Positions 20,655 to 41,851 are shown, counted from the stretch's first letter. The stretch: 64,000 nt of DNA from the human T2T-CHM13v2.0 reference genome, Homo sapiens (GCF_009914755.1 NC_060948.1), one strand, 5' to 3'. Numbers and translations: made by a program. The notes: generated from the sequence alone by a model not told the origin.

Positions 20655-22213
20655 ATACGTATACATTATGTATATAATAATATACAGTATCATATATAAA
20701 ATATGTATAACCTATGTATAATATTGTTTTACATCCTGCATCTTATATTATATATATTGTATAAAATATAATAATTGATAATATATAAGATTTATATTTA
20801 TACAGTATGACATATAGTATATATTATAATTTATGACATATATAATATATGTTACATATCATATATAGAATATATTATACGGTTAATATACGTATTAAAT
20901 ATAAATTATACATTATATATATTATATAAAATATATCTGTTATATATAATACCCATTATGCATAATATATATATTATGTCTATGTTATATATAGTATAAA
21001 ACAACATATAATAATATATAATTGTATATATAAAATGCGACATATAATATATATTATATTTTATGACATATGTAATATATATTATATATTATATATAAAA
21101 CGTTGAATGTATAATACCTATATTAAATATATATTATATGACTATGTTATTAATTACATGTCACATATGTTATATATTATATATTTTACATAGAGTATAC
21201 CGGTTGCATACAATATATACTATGTTACCTATAATGTATAATTGATTACATGTAAAATAAAGAATGCAATATATTATGTATAATTTATAATATACAATAT
21301 GTGGAATGTGATATATATAACATATAATATATGATATATGATATACTGTATATGATATATAACATACAATATATGATACCTAATATATATGGTATACAAT
21401 ATATATTTTATGTTATGTATTCTATATGTTTTATATTCTGTTATATATAACTATTTGAAATTATATATAACTGTATAATATTTTATGTAAATATGTAATA
21501 TAATATATATAACTATATAATATATTATATATAACTATATATTATGTTATATATACTTTTATAACATAATTTACATAAAATGTCATAATATAATATATAT
21601 TATATTATTTCACATTACATAATATATATTACATATCACCCAATATAAGTAACATACATAATATTATAATATAGATTATATTATGTTATATTAAATATCA
21701 TATATATCATGTATCATATATTCTATAACATATATTACACATTATATTATATGTATGTTGTCTATTTTGTGATATATAAAACTATATATATAATTATATT
21801 ATTATACATATAACTAGGTAAACATGTAAATCTACATATTTTCATTTGTAATATATAGAATTATATAATCATATATAATTATTTATATTCTATAAAAAAT
21901 TATATCATTATATAAATTATAATATAAAAAAATTATAATATGTACTACAAATATATATATTATATATCATATATGATATAGTACCTTTGTTATATATCAT
22001 AATACATATAAATGTGTATTATGTTATCTATAATTATATAATTTCATATATAAGATGTATAATATGTATTATATATTGTCTATGTTATGTAATATATATA
22101 GTATATGTAAGCTGACACAGGATAAATATTATATACTATGACATATAAAATATATGAGGTTATATGTTACATATAAGGCATAGCACATAACATGTAATAT
22201 ATATCATATATAA

Positions 22214-22505
<292 letters not shown>

Positions 22506-23074
22506 AGATCCATATTTTTTAAATGAAAAAAAATTTCAAAGGTACTCTGCTTGGTACAATAATCAAATGTATAAACTGAGGAATAAAACATAACCATGAA
22601 ACCTACTTATAACTGCATATGGAAAATACAGAGGATAATTTCTTAAATAACATATTTTGAAAGCCTTAACTAGTAATTTGAAGAGTTGGCATTTGAAAGG
22701 CCAGTATGAATATACCTTCAAAGCAGCAACACAGGTTCCCCATGAGAAAAAGCAAACTCAGGGAAAATAAAACCACAAAGGTTCAATCTCTTCTGACCTT
22801 TGAAAGACACAGCACAGACAGTGGTCCTTAGGACGAAGAGCAGGAGACCCCTAATTCCGTCACCATGGCGATAGGGCATAAACATTGCTGGGTGAGGGCA
22901 CAATCCACATTGAGAGGTCCAACTGCTGCCAGGAAGACAGGAGTGCTTTTATATACACCGAAAGGTCATTGAAGGCTCAGAGTTTTGTTTCAAGAACTGA
23001 ATCCCAAGCCCACACGTTATTAGGCTGCGCTTCTTAAAACAAGTTATGAGATGGGAAAAAGGGCACCCACAAAC
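22506..23074. repeat. HSATI, U10
   Basis: Copy of 745-1313. Confidence 0.8.
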
Positions 23075-24609
23075 ATACGTATACATTATGTATATAATAA
23101 TATACAGTATCATATATATAATATATATAACCTATGTATAATATTGTTTTACATCCTGCATCTTATATTATATATATTGTATAAAATATAAAATTCATAA
23201 TACATAACGTTTATATTTATACAATATGACATATAGTATATATTATAATTTATGTCATATATAATATATGTTATATATCATATATAGAATATATTATACG
23301 GTTAATATACGTATTAAATATAAATTATACATTATATATATTATATAAAATATATCTGTTATATATAATACCCTTTATGCATAATATATATATTATGTCT
23401 ATGTTATATATAGTATAAAACAACATATAATAATATATAATTGTATATATAAAATGCGACATATAATATATATTATATTTTATGACATATGTAATATATA
23501 TTATATATTATATATAATACGTTGTATGTATAATACCTATATTAAATATATATTATATGACTATGTTATTAATTACATGTCACATATGTTATATATTATA
23601 TATTTTACATAGAATATACCGGTTACATACAATATATACTATGTTACCTATAATGTATAATTGATTACATGTAAAATAAAGAATGCAATATATTATGTAT
23701 AATTTATAATATACAATATGTGGAATGTGATATATATAACATATAATATATGATATATGATATACAGTATATGATATATAACACACAATATATGATACCT
23801 AATATATATGGTATACAATATATATTTTATGATATGTATTCTATATGTTTTATATTCTGTTATATATAACTATTTGAAATTATATATAACTGTATAATAT
23901 TTTATGTAAATATGTAATATAATATATATAACTATATAATATATTATATATAACTATATATTATGTTATATATACTTTTATAACATAATTTACATTAAAT
24001 ATCATAATATAATATATATTATATTATTTCACATTACATAATATATATTACATATCACCCAATATAAGTAACATACATAATATTATAATATAGATTATAT
24101 TATGTTATATTAAATATCATATATATCATGTATCATATATTCTATAATATATATTACACATTATATAATATGTATGTTGTCTATTATGTGATATATATAA
24201 CTATATATATAATTATATTATTATACATATAACTAGATAAACATGAAATTCTACATATTTTCATTTATAATATATAGAATTATATAATCATATATAATTA
24301 TTTATATTCTATAAATAATTATATCATTATATAAATTATAATATATAAAAATTATAATATGTACTACAAATATATATATTATATATCATATATGATATAG
24401 TACCTTTGTTATATATCATAATACATATAAATGTGTATTATGTTATCTACAATTATATAATTTCATATATAAGTTATATAATATGTATTATATATTGTAT
24501 ATGTTATGTAATATATATAGTATATATAAGCTGACACAGGATAAATATTATATACTATGACATATAAAATATATGAGGTTATATGTTACATATAAGGCAT
24601 AGCACATAA

Positions 24610-24924
<315 letters not shown>

Positions 24925-25493
24925 AGATCCATATTTTGTAAATGAAAAACAATTTCAAAGGTACTCTGCTTGGTACAATAATCAAATGTATAAACTGAGG
25001 AATGAAACATAACCATGAAACCTACTTATAACTGCATATGGAAAATACAGAGGATAATTTTTTAAATAACATATTTTGAAAGCCTTAACTAGTAATTTGA
25101 AGAGTTGGCATTTGAAAGGCCAGTATGAATATACCTTCAAAGCAGCAACACAGGTTCCCCATGAGAAAAAGCAAACTCAGGGAAAATAAAAACACAAAGG
25201 TTCAATCTCTTCTGACCTTTGAAAGACACAGCACAGACAGTGGTCCTTAGGACGAAGAGCAGGAGACCCCTAATTCCGTCACCATGGCGATAGGGCATAA
25301 ACATTGCTGGGTGAGGGCACAATCCACATTGTGAGGTCCAACTGCTGCCAGGAAGACAGGAGTGCTTTTACATAGACCGAAAGGTCATTGAAGGCTCAGA
25401 GTTTTGTTTCAAGAACTGAATCCCAAGCCCACACGTTATTAGGCTGCGCTTCTTAAAACAAGTTATGAGATGGGAAAAAGGGCACCCACAAAC
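24925..25493. repeat. HSATI, U11
   Basis: Copy of 745-1313. Confidence 0.8.
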
Positions 25494-27051
25494 AAACGTA
25501 TACATTATGTATATAATAATATACAGTATCATATATATAATATATATAACCTATGTATAATATTGTTTTACATCCTGCATCTTATGTTATATATATTGTA
25601 TAAAATATAATAATTGATAATATATAAGTTTTATATTTATACAATATGACATATAGTATATATTATAATTTATGACATATATGATATATGTTATATATCA
25701 TATATAGAATATATTATACGGTTAATATACGTATTAAATATAAATTATACATTATATATATTATATATAATATATCTGTTATATATAATACCCATTATGC
25801 ATAATAAATATATTATGTCTAGGTTATATATAGTATAAAACAACATATAATAATATATAATTGTATATATAAAATGTAACATATAATATATATTATATTT
25901 TATAACATATGTAATATATATTATATATTATATATAATACGTTGTATGCATAATACCTATATTAAATATATATTATATGACTATGTTATTAATTACATGT
26001 CACATGTGTTATATATTATATATTTTACATAGAATATACCGGTTACATACAATATATACTATGTTACCTATAATGTATAATTTATTACATGTAAAATAAA
26101 GAATGCAATATATTATGTATAATTTATAATATACAATATGTGGAATGTGATATATATAACATATAATATATGATATATGATATACAGTATATGATATATA
26201 ACATACAATATATGATTCCTAATATATATGGTATACAATATATATTTTATGATATGTATTCTATATGTTTTATATTCTGTTATATATAACTATTTAAAAT
26301 TATATATAACTGTATACTATTTTATGTAAATATGTAATATAATATATATAACTATATAATATATTATATATAACTATATATTATGTTATATATACTTTTA
26401 TAACATAATTTACAAAAATATCATAACATAATATATATTATATTATTTCATATTACATAATATATATTACATATCACCCAATATAACTAATATACATAAT
26501 ATTATAATATAGATTATATTATGTTATATTAAATATCATATATATCATGTATCATATATTCTATAATATATATTACACATTATATAATATGTATGTTGTC
26601 TATTACGTGACATATATAAATCTATATATAATTTTATTTTTATACATATAACTAGATAAACATGTAATTCTACATATTTTCATTTATAATATGTAGAATT
26701 ATATAATCATATATAATTATTTATATTCTATAAAAAATTTTATCATTATATAAATTATAATATATAAAAATTATAATATGTACTACAAATATATATATTA
26801 TATATCATATATGATATAGTACCTTTGTTATATATCATAATACATATAAATGTGTATTATGTTATCTATAATTATATAATTTCATATATAAGATGTATAA
26901 TATGTATCATATATTATATATGTTATGTAATATACATAGTATATATAAGATGACACAGGATAAATATTATATACTATGACATATAAAATATATGAGGTTA
27001 TATGTTACATATAAGGCATAGCACATAACATGTAATATATATCATATATAA

Positions 27052-27343
<292 letters not shown>

Positions 27344-27913
27344 AGATCCATATTTTTTAAATGAAAAAAAATTTCAAAGGTACTCTGCTTGGTACAATAA
27401 TCAAATGTATAAACTGAGGAATAAACCATAACCATGAAACCTACTTATAACTGCATATGGAAAATACAGAGGATAATTTTTTAAATAACATATTTTGAAA
27501 GCCTTAACTAGTAATTTGAAGAGCTGGCATTTGAAAGGCCAGTATGAATATACCTTCAAAGCAGCAACACAGGTTTCCCCAAGAGAAAAAGCAAACACAG
27601 GGAAAATAAAAACACAAAGGTTCAATCTCTTCTGACCTTTGAAAGACACAGCACAGACAGTGGTCCTTAGGACGAAGAGCAGGAGACCCCTAATTCCGTC
27701 ACCATGGCGATAGGGCATAAACATTGCTGGGTGAGGGCACAATCCACATTGTGAGGTCCAACTGCTGCCAGGAAGACAGGAGTGCTTTTACATAGACCGA
27801 AAGGTCATTGAAGGCTCAGAGTTTTGTTTCAAGAACTGAATCCCAAGCCCACACGTTATTAGGCTGCGCTTCTTAAAACAAGTTATGAGATGGGAAAAAG
27901 GGCACCCACAAAC
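27344..27913. repeat. HSATI, U12 (1-bp insertion near 27575)
   Basis: Copy of 745-1313; aggtttcccc versus aggttcccc. Confidence 0.8.
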
Positions 27914-29472
27914 ATACGTATACATTATGTATATAATAATACACAGTATCATATATATAATATATATAACCTATGTATAATATTGTTTTACATCCTGCAT
28001 CTTATGTTATATATATTGTATAAAATATAATAATTGATAATATATAAGTTTTATATTTATACAATATGACATATAGTATATATTATAATTTATGACATAT
28101 ATAATATATGTTATATATCATATATAGAATATATTATACGGTTAATATACGTATTAAATATAAATTATACATTATATATATTATATATAATATATCTGTT
28201 ATATATAATACCCATTATGCATAATATATATATTATGTCTATGTTATATATAGTATAAAACAACATATAATAATATATAATTGTATATATAAAATGCGAC
28301 ATATAATATATATTATATTTTATAACATATGTAATATATATTATATATTATATGTAATACGTTGTATGTATAATACCTATATTAAATATATATTATATGA
28401 CTATGTTATTAATTACATGTCACATGTGTTATATATTATATATTTTATATAGAATATACCGGTTACATACAATATATACTATGTTACCTATAATGTATAA
28501 TTTATTACATGTAAAATAAAGAATGCAATATATTATGTATAATTTATAATATACAATATGTGGAATGTGATATATATAACTTATAATATATGATATATGA
28601 TATACAGTATATGATATATAACATACAATATATGATACCTAATATATATGGTATACAATATATATTTTATGATATGTATTCTATATGTTTTATATTCTGT
28701 TATATATAACTATTTGAAATTATATATAACTGTATAATATTTTATGTAAATATGTAATATAATATATATAACTATATAATATATTATATATAACTATATA
28801 TTATGTTATATATACTTTTATAACATAATTTACATAAAATGTCATAATATAATATATATTATATTATTTCACATTACATAATATATATTACATATCACCC
28901 AATATAAGTAACATACATAATATTATAATATAGATTATATTATGTTATATTAAATATCATATATATCATGTATCATATATTCTATAAAATATATTACACA
29001 TTATATTATATGTATGTTGTCTATTTTGTGATATATAAAACTATATATATAATTATATTATTATACATATAACTAGGTAAACATGTAAATCTACATATTT
29101 TCATTTGTAATATATAGAATTATATAATCATATATAATTATTTATATTCTATAAAAAATTATATCATTATATAAATTATAATATAAAAAAATTATAATAT
29201 GTACTACAAATATATATATTATATATCATATATGATATAGTACCTTTGTTATATATCATAATACATATAAATGTGTATTATGTTATCTATAATTATATAA
29301 TTTCATATATAAGATGTATAATATGTATTATATATTGTCTATGTTATGTAATATATATAGTATATGTAAGCTGACACAGGATAAATATTATATACTATGA
29401 CATATAAAATATATGAGGTTATATGTTACATATAAGTCATAGCACATAACATGTAATATATATCATATATAA

Positions 29473-29764
<292 letters not shown>

Positions 29765-30333
29765 AGATCCATATTTTTTAAATGAAAAAAAATTTCAAAG
29801 GTACTCTGCTTGGTACAATAATCAAATGTATAAACTGAGGAATAAAACATAACCATGAAACCTACTTATAACTGCATATGGAAAATACAGAGGATAATTT
29901 CTTAAATAACATATTTTGAAAGCCTTAACTAGTAATTTGAAGAGTTGGCATTTGAAAGGCCAGTATGAATATACCTTCAAAGCAGCAACACAGGTTCCCC
30001 ATGAGAAAAAGCAAACTCAGGGAAAATAAAACCACAAAGGTTCAATCTCTTCTGACCTTTGAAAGACACAGCACAGACAGTGGTCCTTAGGACGAAGAGC
30101 AGGAGACCCCTAATTCCGTCACCATGGCGATAGGGCATAAATATTGCTGGGTGAGGGCACAATCCACATTGAGAGGTCCAACTGCTGCCAGGAAGACAGG
30201 AGTGCTTTTATATAGACCGAAAGGTCATTGAAGGCTCAGAGTTTTGTTTCAAGAACTGAATCCCAAGCCCACACGTTATTAGGCTGCGCTTCTTAAAACA
30301 AGTTATGAGATGGGAAAAAGGGCACCCACAAAC
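29765..30333. repeat. HSATI, U13
   Basis: Copy of 745-1313. Confidence 0.8.
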
Positions 30334-31868
30334 ATACGTATACATTATGTATATAATAATATACAGTATCATATATATAATATATATAACCTATGTATAA
30401 TATTGTTTTACATCCTGCATCTTATATTATATATATTGTATAAAATATAAAATTCATAATACATAACGTTTATATTTATACAATATGACATATAGTATAT
30501 ATTATAATTTATGTCATATATAATATATGTTATATATCATATATAGAATATATTATACGGTTAATATACGTATTAAATATAAATTATACATTATATATAT
30601 TATATAAAATATATCTGTTATATATAATACCCTTTATGCATAATATATATATTATGTCTATGTTATATATAGTATAAAACAACATATAATAATATATAAT
30701 TGTATATATAAAATGCGACATATAATATATATTATATTTTATGACATATGTAATATATATTATATATTATATATAATACGTTGTATGTATAATACCTATA
30801 TTAAATATATATTATATGACTATGTTATTAATTACATGTCACATATGTTATATATTATATATTTTACATAGAATATACCGGTTACATACAATATATACTA
30901 TGTTACCTATAATGTATAATTGATTACATGTAAAATAAAGAATGCAATATATTATGTATAATTTATAATATACAATATGTGGAATGTGATATATATAACA
31001 TATAATATATGATATATGATACACAGTATATGATATATAACACACAATATATGATACCTAATATATATGGTATACAATATATATTTTATGATATGTATTC
31101 TATATGTTTTATATTCTGTTATATATAACTATTTGAAATTATATATAACTGTATAATATTTTATGTAAATATGTAATATAATATATATAACTATATAATA
31201 TATTATATATAACTATATATTATGTTATATATACTTTTATAACATAATTTACATTAAATATCATAATATAATATATATTATATTATTTCACATTACATAA
31301 TATATATTACATATCACCCAATATTAGTAACATACATAATATTATAATATAGATTATATTATGTTATATTAAATATCATATATATCATGTATCATATATT
31401 CTATAATATATATTACACATTATATAATATGTATGTTGTCTATTATGTGATATATATAACTATATATATAATTATATTATTATACATATAACTAGATAAA
31501 CATGAAATTCTACATATTTTCATTTATAATATATAGAATTATATAATCATATATAATTATTTATATTCTATAAAAAATTATATCATTATATAAATTATAA
31601 TATATAAAAATTATAATATGTACTACAAATATATATATTATATATCATATATGATATAGTACCTTTGTTATATATCATAATACATATAAATGTGTATTAT
31701 GTTATCTACAATTATATAATTTCATATATAACTTATATAATATGTATTATATATTGTATATGTTATGTAATATATATAGTATATATAAGCTGACACAGGA
31801 TAAATATTATATACTATGACATATAAAATATATGAGGTTATATGTTACATATAAGGCATAGCACATAA

Positions 31869-32183
<315 letters not shown>

Positions 32184-32751
32184 AGATCCATATTTTGTAA
32201 ATGAAAAACAATTTCAAAGGTACTCTGCTTGGTACAATAATCAAATGTATAAACTGAGGAATGAAACATAACCATGAAACCTACTTATAACTGCATATGG
32301 AAAATACAGAGGATAATTTTTTAAATAACATATTTTGAAAGCCTTAACTAGTAATTTGAAGAGTTGGCATTTGAAAGGCCAGTATGAATATACCTTCAAA
32401 GCAGCAACACAGGTTCCCCATGAGAAAAAGCAAACTCAGGGAAAATAAAACCACAAAGGTTCAATCTCTTCTGACCTTTGAAAGACACAGCACAGACAGT
32501 GGTCCTTAGGACGAAGAGCAGGAGCCCCTAATTCCGTCACCATGGCGATAGGGCATAAACATTGCTGGGTGAGGGCACAATCCACATTGTGAGGTCCAAC
32601 TGCTGCCAGGAAGACAGGAGTGCTTTTACATAGACCGAAAGGTCATTGAAGGCTCAGAGTTTTGTTTCAAGAACTGAATCCCAAGCCCACACGTTATTAG
32701 GCTGCGCTTCTTAAAACAAGTTATGAGATGGGAAAAAGGGCACCTACAAAC
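32184..32751. repeat. HSATI, U14 (1-bp deletion near 32524)
   Basis: Copy of 745-1313; ggagccccta versus ggagaccccta. Confidence 0.8.
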
Positions 32752-34283
32752 ATACGTATACATTATGTATATAATAATATACAGTATCATATATATAATA
32801 TATATAACCCATGTATAATATTGTTTTACATCCTGCATCTTATATTATATATATTGTATAAAATATAATAATTGATAATATATAAATTTTATATTTATAC
32901 AATATGACATATAGTATATATTATAATTTATTACATATATAATATATGTTATATATCATATATAGAATATATTATACGGTTAATATACGTATTAAATATA
33001 AATTATACATTATATATATTATATATAATATATCTGCTATATATAATACCCATTATGCATAATATATATATTATGTCTATGTTATATATAGTATAAAACA
33101 ACATATAATAATATATAATTGTATATATAAAACGCGACATATAATATATATTATATTTTTTGACATATGTAATATATATTATATATTATATATAATACGT
33201 TGTATGTATAATACCTATATTAAATATAAATTATATGACTATGTTATTAATTACATGTCACATATGTTATATATTATATATTTTACATAGAATATACCGG
33301 TTACATACAATATATACTATGTTACCTATAATGTATAATTTATTACATGTAAAATAAAGAATGCAATATATTATGTATAATTTATAATATACAATATGTG
33401 GAATGTGATATATATAACTTATAATATATGATATATGATATACAGTATATGATATATAACATACAATATATGATACCTAATATATATGGTATACAATATA
33501 TATTTTATGATATGTATTCTATATGTTTTATATTCTGTTATATATAACTATTTGAAATTATATATAACTGTATAATATTTTATGTAAATATGTAATATAA
33601 TATATAACTATATAATATATTATATATAACTATATATTATGTTATATATACTTTTATAACATAATTTACATAAAATATCATAATATAATATATATTATAT
33701 TATTTCATATTACATAATATATATTACATATCACCCAATATAAGTAACATACATAATATTATAATATAGATTATATTATGTTATATTAAATATCATATAT
33801 ATCATGTATCATATATTCTATAATATATATGACACATTATATAATATGTATGTTGTCTATTATGTGATATATATAACTATATATAATTATATTATTATAC
33901 ATATTACTAGATAAACATGTAATTCTACATATTTTCATTTATAATATATAGAATTATATAATCATATATAATTATTTATATTCTATAAAAAATTATATCA
34001 TTATATAAATTATAATATATAAAAATTATAATATGTACTACAAATATATATATTATATATCATATATGATATAGTACCTTTGTTATATATCATAATACAT
34101 ATAAATGTGTATTATGTTATCTATAATTATATAATTTCATATATAAGATGTATAATATGTATTATATATTATATATGTTATGTAATATATATAGTATATA
34201 TAAGATGACACAGGATAAATATTATATACTATGACATATAAAATATATGAGGTTATATGTTACATATAAGGCATAGCACATAA

Positions 34284-34598
<315 letters not shown>

Positions 34599-35167
34599 AG
34601 ATCCATATTTTTTAAATGAAAAAAAATTTCAAAGGTACTCTGCTTGGTACAATAATCAAATGTATAAACTGAGGAATAAAACATAACCATGAAACCTACT
34701 TATAACTGCATATGGAAAATACAGAGGATAATTTTTTAAATAACATATTTTGAAAGCCTTAACTAGTAATTTGAAGAGTTGGCATTTGAAAGGCCAGTAT
34801 GAATATACCTTCAAAGCAGCAACACAGGTTCCCCATGAGAAAAAGCAAACTCAGGGAAAATAAAACCACAAAGGTTCAATCTCTTCTGACCTTTGAAAGA
34901 CACAGCACAGACAGTGGTCCTTAGGACGAAGAGCAGGAGACCCCTAATTCCGTCACCATGGCGATAGGGCATAAACATTGGTGGGTGAGGGCACAATCCA
35001 CATTGTGAGGTCCAACTGCTGCCAGGAAGACAGGAGTGCTTTTACATAGACCGAAAGGTCATTGAAGGCTCAGAGTTTTGTTTCAAGAACTGAATCCCAA
35101 GCCCACACGTTATTAGGCTGCGCTTCTTAAAACAAGTTATGAGATGGGAAAAAGGGCACCTACAAAC
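34599..35167. repeat. HSATI, U15
   Basis: Copy of 745-1313. Confidence 0.8.
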
Positions 35168-36699
35168 ATACGTATACATTATGTATATAATAATATACAG
35201 TATCATATATATAATATATATAACCCATGTATAATATTGTTTTACATCCTGCATCTTATATTATATATATTGTATAAAATATAATAATTGATAATATATA
35301 AATTTTATATTTATACAATATGACATATAGTATATATTATAATTTATTACATATATAATATATGTTATATATCATATATAGAATATATTATACGGTTAAT
35401 ATACGTATTAAATATAAATTATACATTATATATATTATATATAATATATCTGCTATATATAATACCCATTATGCATAATATATATATTATGTCTATGTTA
35501 TATATAGTATAAAACAACATATAATAATATATAATTGTATATATAAAACGCGACATATAATATATATTATATTTTTTGACATATGTAATATATATTATAT
35601 ATTATATATAATACGTTGTATGTATAATACCTATATTAAATATAAATTATATGACTATGTTATTAATTACATGTCACATATGTTATATATTATATATTTT
35701 ACATAGAATATACCGGTTACATACAATATATACTATGTTACCTATAATGTATAATTTATTACATGTAAAATAAAGAATGCAATATATTATGTATAATTTA
35801 TAATATACAATATGTGGAATGTGATATATATAACTTATAATATATGATATATGATATACAGTATATGATATATAACATACAATATATGATACCTAATATA
35901 TATGGTATACAATATATATTTTATGATATGTATTCTATATGTTTTATATTCTGTTATATATAACTATTTGAAATTATATATAACTGTATAATATTTTATG
36001 TAAATATGTAATATAATATATAACTATATAATATATTATATATAACTATATATTATGTTATATATACTTTTATAACATAATTAACATAAAATATCATAAT
36101 ATAATATATATTATATTATTTCATATTACATAATATATATTACATATCACCCAATATAAGTAACATACATAATATTATAATATAGATTATATTATGTTAT
36201 ATTAAATATCATATATATCATGTATCATATATTCTATAATATATATGATACATTATATAATATGTATGTTGTCTATTATGTGATATATGTAACTATATAT
36301 AATTATATTATTATACATATTACTAGATAAACATGAAATTCTACATATTTTCATTTATAATATATAGAATTATATAATCATATATAATTATTTATATTCT
36401 ATAAAAAATTATATCATTATATAAATTATAATATATAAAAATTATAATATGTACTACAAATATATATATTATATATCATATATGATATAGTACCTTTGTT
36501 ATATATCATAATACATATAAATGTGTATTATGTTATCTATAATTATATAATTTCATATATAAGATGTATAATATGTATTATATATTATATATGTTATGTA
36601 ATATATATAGTATATATAAGATGACACAGGATAAATATTATATACTATGACATATAAAATATATGAGGTTATATGTTACATATAAGGCATAGCACATAA

Positions 36700-37014
<315 letters not shown>

Positions 37015-37583
37015 AGATCCATATTTTTTAAATGAAAAAAAATTTCAAAGGTACTCTGCTTGGTACAATAATCAAATGTATAAACTGAGGAATAAAACAT
37101 AACCATGAAACCTACTTATAACTGCATATGGAAAATACAGAGGATAATTTTTTAAATAACATATTTTGAAAGCCTTAACTAGTAATTTGAAGAGTTGGCA
37201 TTTGAAAGGCCAGTATGAATATACCTTCAAAGCAGCAACACAGGTTCCCCATGAGAAAAAGCAAACTCAGGGAAAATAAAACCACAAAGGTTCAATCTCT
37301 TCTGACCTTTGAAAGACACAGCACAGACAGTGGTCCTTAGGACGAAGAGCAGGAGACCCCTAATTCCGTCACCATGGCGATAGGGCATAAACATTGCTGG
37401 GTGAGGGCACAATCCACATTGTGAGGTCCAACTGCTGCCAGGAAGACAGGAGTGCTTTTACATAGACCGAAAGGTCATTGAAGGCTCAGAGTTTTGTTTC
37501 AAGAACTGAATCCCAAGCCCACACGTTATTAGGCTGCGCTTCTTAAAACAAGTTATGAGATGGGAAAAAGGGCACCTACAAAC
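37015..37583. repeat. HSATI, U16
   Basis: Copy of 745-1313. Confidence 0.8.
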
Positions 37584-39117
37584 ATACGTATACATTATGT
37601 ATATAATAATATACAGTATCATATAAATAATATATATAACCCATGTATAATATTGTTTTACATCCTGCATCTTATATTATATATATTGTATAAAATATAA
37701 TAATTGATAATATATAAATTTTATATTTATACAATATGACATATAGTATATATTATAATTTATTACATATATAATATATGTTATATATCATATATAGAAT
37801 ATATTATACGGTTAATATACGTATTAAATATAAATTATACATTATATATATTATATATAATATATCTGCTATATATAATACCCATTATGCATAATATATA
37901 TATTATGTCTATGTTATATATAGTATAAAACAACATATAATAATATATAATTGTATATATAAAACGCGACATATAATATATAATATATTTTTTGACATAT
38001 GTAATATATATTATATATTATATATAATACGTTGTATGTATAATACCTATATTAAATATAAATTATATGACTATGTTATTAATTACATGTCACATATGTT
38101 ATATATTATATATTTTACATAGAATATACCGGTTACATACAATATATACTATGTTACCTATAATGTATAATTTATTACATGTAAAATAAAGAATGCAATA
38201 TATTATGTATAATTTATAATATACAATATGTGGAATGTGATATATATAACATATAATATATGATATATGATATACAGTATATGATATATAACATACAATA
38301 TATGATACCTAATATATATGGTATACAATATATATTTTATGATATGTATTCTATATGTTTTATATTCTGTTATATATAACTATTTGAAATTATATATAAC
38401 TGTATAATATTTTATGTAAATATGTAATATAATATATAACTATATAATATATTATATATAACTATATATTATGTTATATATACTTTTATAACATAATTTA
38501 CATAAAATATCATAATATAATATATATTATATTATTTCATATTACATAATATATATTACATATCACCCAATATAAGTAACATACATAATATTATAATATA
38601 GATTATATTATGTTATATTAAATATCATATATATCATGTATCATATATTCTATAATATATATTATACATTATATAATATGTATGTTGTCTATTATGTGAT
38701 ATATATAACTATATATATAATTATATTATTATACATATAACTAGATAAACATGTAATTCTACACATTTACATTTATAATATATAGAATTATATAATCATA
38801 TATAATTATTTATATTCTATAAAAAATTATATCATTATATAAATTATAATATATAAAAATTATAATATGTACTACAAATATATATATTATATATCATATA
38901 TGATATAGTACCTTTGTTATATATCATAATACATATAAATGTGTATTATATTATCTATAATTATATAATTTCATATATAAGTTGTATAATATGTATCATA
39001 TATTACATATGTTATGTAATATATATAGTATATATAAGATGACACAGGATAAATATTATATACTATGACATATAAAATATATGAGGTTATATGTTTCATA
39101 TAAGGCATAGCACATAA

Positions 39118-39432
<315 letters not shown>

Positions 39433-40001
39433 AGATCCATATTTTATAAATGAAAAAAAATTTCAAAGGTACTCTGCTTGGTACAATAATCAAATGTATA
39501 AACTGAGGAATAAAACATAACCATGAAACCTACTTATAACTGCATATGGAAAATACAGAGGATAATTTTTTAAATAACATATTTTGAAAGCCTTAACTAG
39601 TAATTTGAAGAGTTGGCATTTGAAAGGCCAGTATGAATATACCTTCAAAGCAGCAACACAGGTTCCCCATGAGAAAAAGCAAACACAGGGAAAATAAAAA
39701 CACAAAGGTTCAATCTCTTCTGACCTTTGAAAGACACAGCACAGACAGTGGTCCTTAGGACGAAGAGCAGGAGACCCCTAATTCCGTCACCATGGCGATA
39801 GGGCATAAACACTGCTGGGTGAGGGCACAATCCACATTGTGAGGTCCAACTGCTGCCAGGAAGACAGGAGTGCTTTTACATAGACCGAAAGGTCATTGAA
39901 GGCTCAGAGTTTTGTTTCAAGAACTGAATCCCAAGCCCACACGTTATTAGGCTGCGCTTCTTAAAACAAGTTATGAGATGGGAAAAAGGGCACCCAAAAA
40001 C
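39433..40001. repeat. HSATI, U17
   Basis: Copy of 745-1313. Confidence 0.8.
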
Positions 40002-41536
40002 ATACGTATACATTATGTATATAATAATATACAGTGTCATATATATAATATATATAACCTATGTATAATATTGTTTTACATCCTGCATCTTATGTTATAT
40101 ATATTGTATAAAATATAATAATTGATAATATATAACTTTTATAATTATACAATATGACATATAGTATATATTATAATTTATGACATATATAATATATGTT
40201 ATATATCATATACAGAATATATTATACGGTTAATATACGTATTAAATATAAATTATACATTATATATATTATATATAATATATCTGTTATATATAATACC
40301 CATTATGCATAATATATATATTATGTCTATGTTATATATAGTATAAAACAACATATAATAATATATAATTGTATATATAAATGCGACATATAATATATAT
40401 TACATTTTATGACATATGTAATATATATTATATATTATATATAATACGTTGTATGTATAATACCTATATTAAATATATATTATATGACTATGTTATTAAT
40501 TACATGTCACATGTGTTATATATTATATATTTTACATAGAATATACCGGTTACATACAATATATACCATGTTACCTATAATGTATAATTTATTACATGTA
40601 AAATAAAGAATGCAATGTATTATGTATAATTTATAATATACAATATGTGGAATGTGATATATATAACATATAATATATGATATATGATATACAGTATATG
40701 ATATATAACATACAATATATGATTCCTAATATATATGGTATACAATATATATTTTATGATATGTATTCTATATGTTTTATATTCTGTTATATATAACTAT
40801 TTGAAATTATATATAACTGTATAATATTTTATATAAATATGTAATATAATATATATAACTATATAATATATTATATATAACTATATATTATGTTATATAT
40901 ACTTTTATAACATAATTTACATAAAATATCATAATATAATATATATTATATTATTTCATATTACATAATATATATTACATATCACCCAATATAACTAACA
41001 TACATAATATTATAATATAGATTATATTATGTTATATTAAATATCATATATATCATGTATCATATATTCTATAATATATATTACACATTATATAATATGT
41101 ATGTTGTCTATTATGTGATATATATAACTATATATATAATTATATTTTTATACATATAACTAGATAAACATGTAATTCTACATATTTTCATTTATAATAT
41201 GTAGAAGTATATAATCATATATAATTATTTATATTCTATAAAAAATTTTATCATTATATAAATTATAATATATAAAAATTATAATATGTACTACAAATAT
41301 ATATATTATATATCATATATGATATAGTACCTTTGTTATATATCATAATACATATAAATGTGTATTATGTTATCTATAATTATATAATTTCATATATAAG
41401 ATGTATAATATGTATCATATATTATATATGTTATGTAATATATATAGTATATATAAGATGACACAGGATAAATATTATATACTATGACATATAAAATATA
41501 TCAGGTTATATGTTACATATAAGGCATAGCACATAA

Positions 41537-41851
<315 letters not shown>

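Noticed and set aside
27401-27742. 113-aa ORF, the longest in the window
   Set aside because: Chance fusion of the 61-aa and 71-aa frames through a single 1-bp insertion (aggtttcccc) unique to U12.
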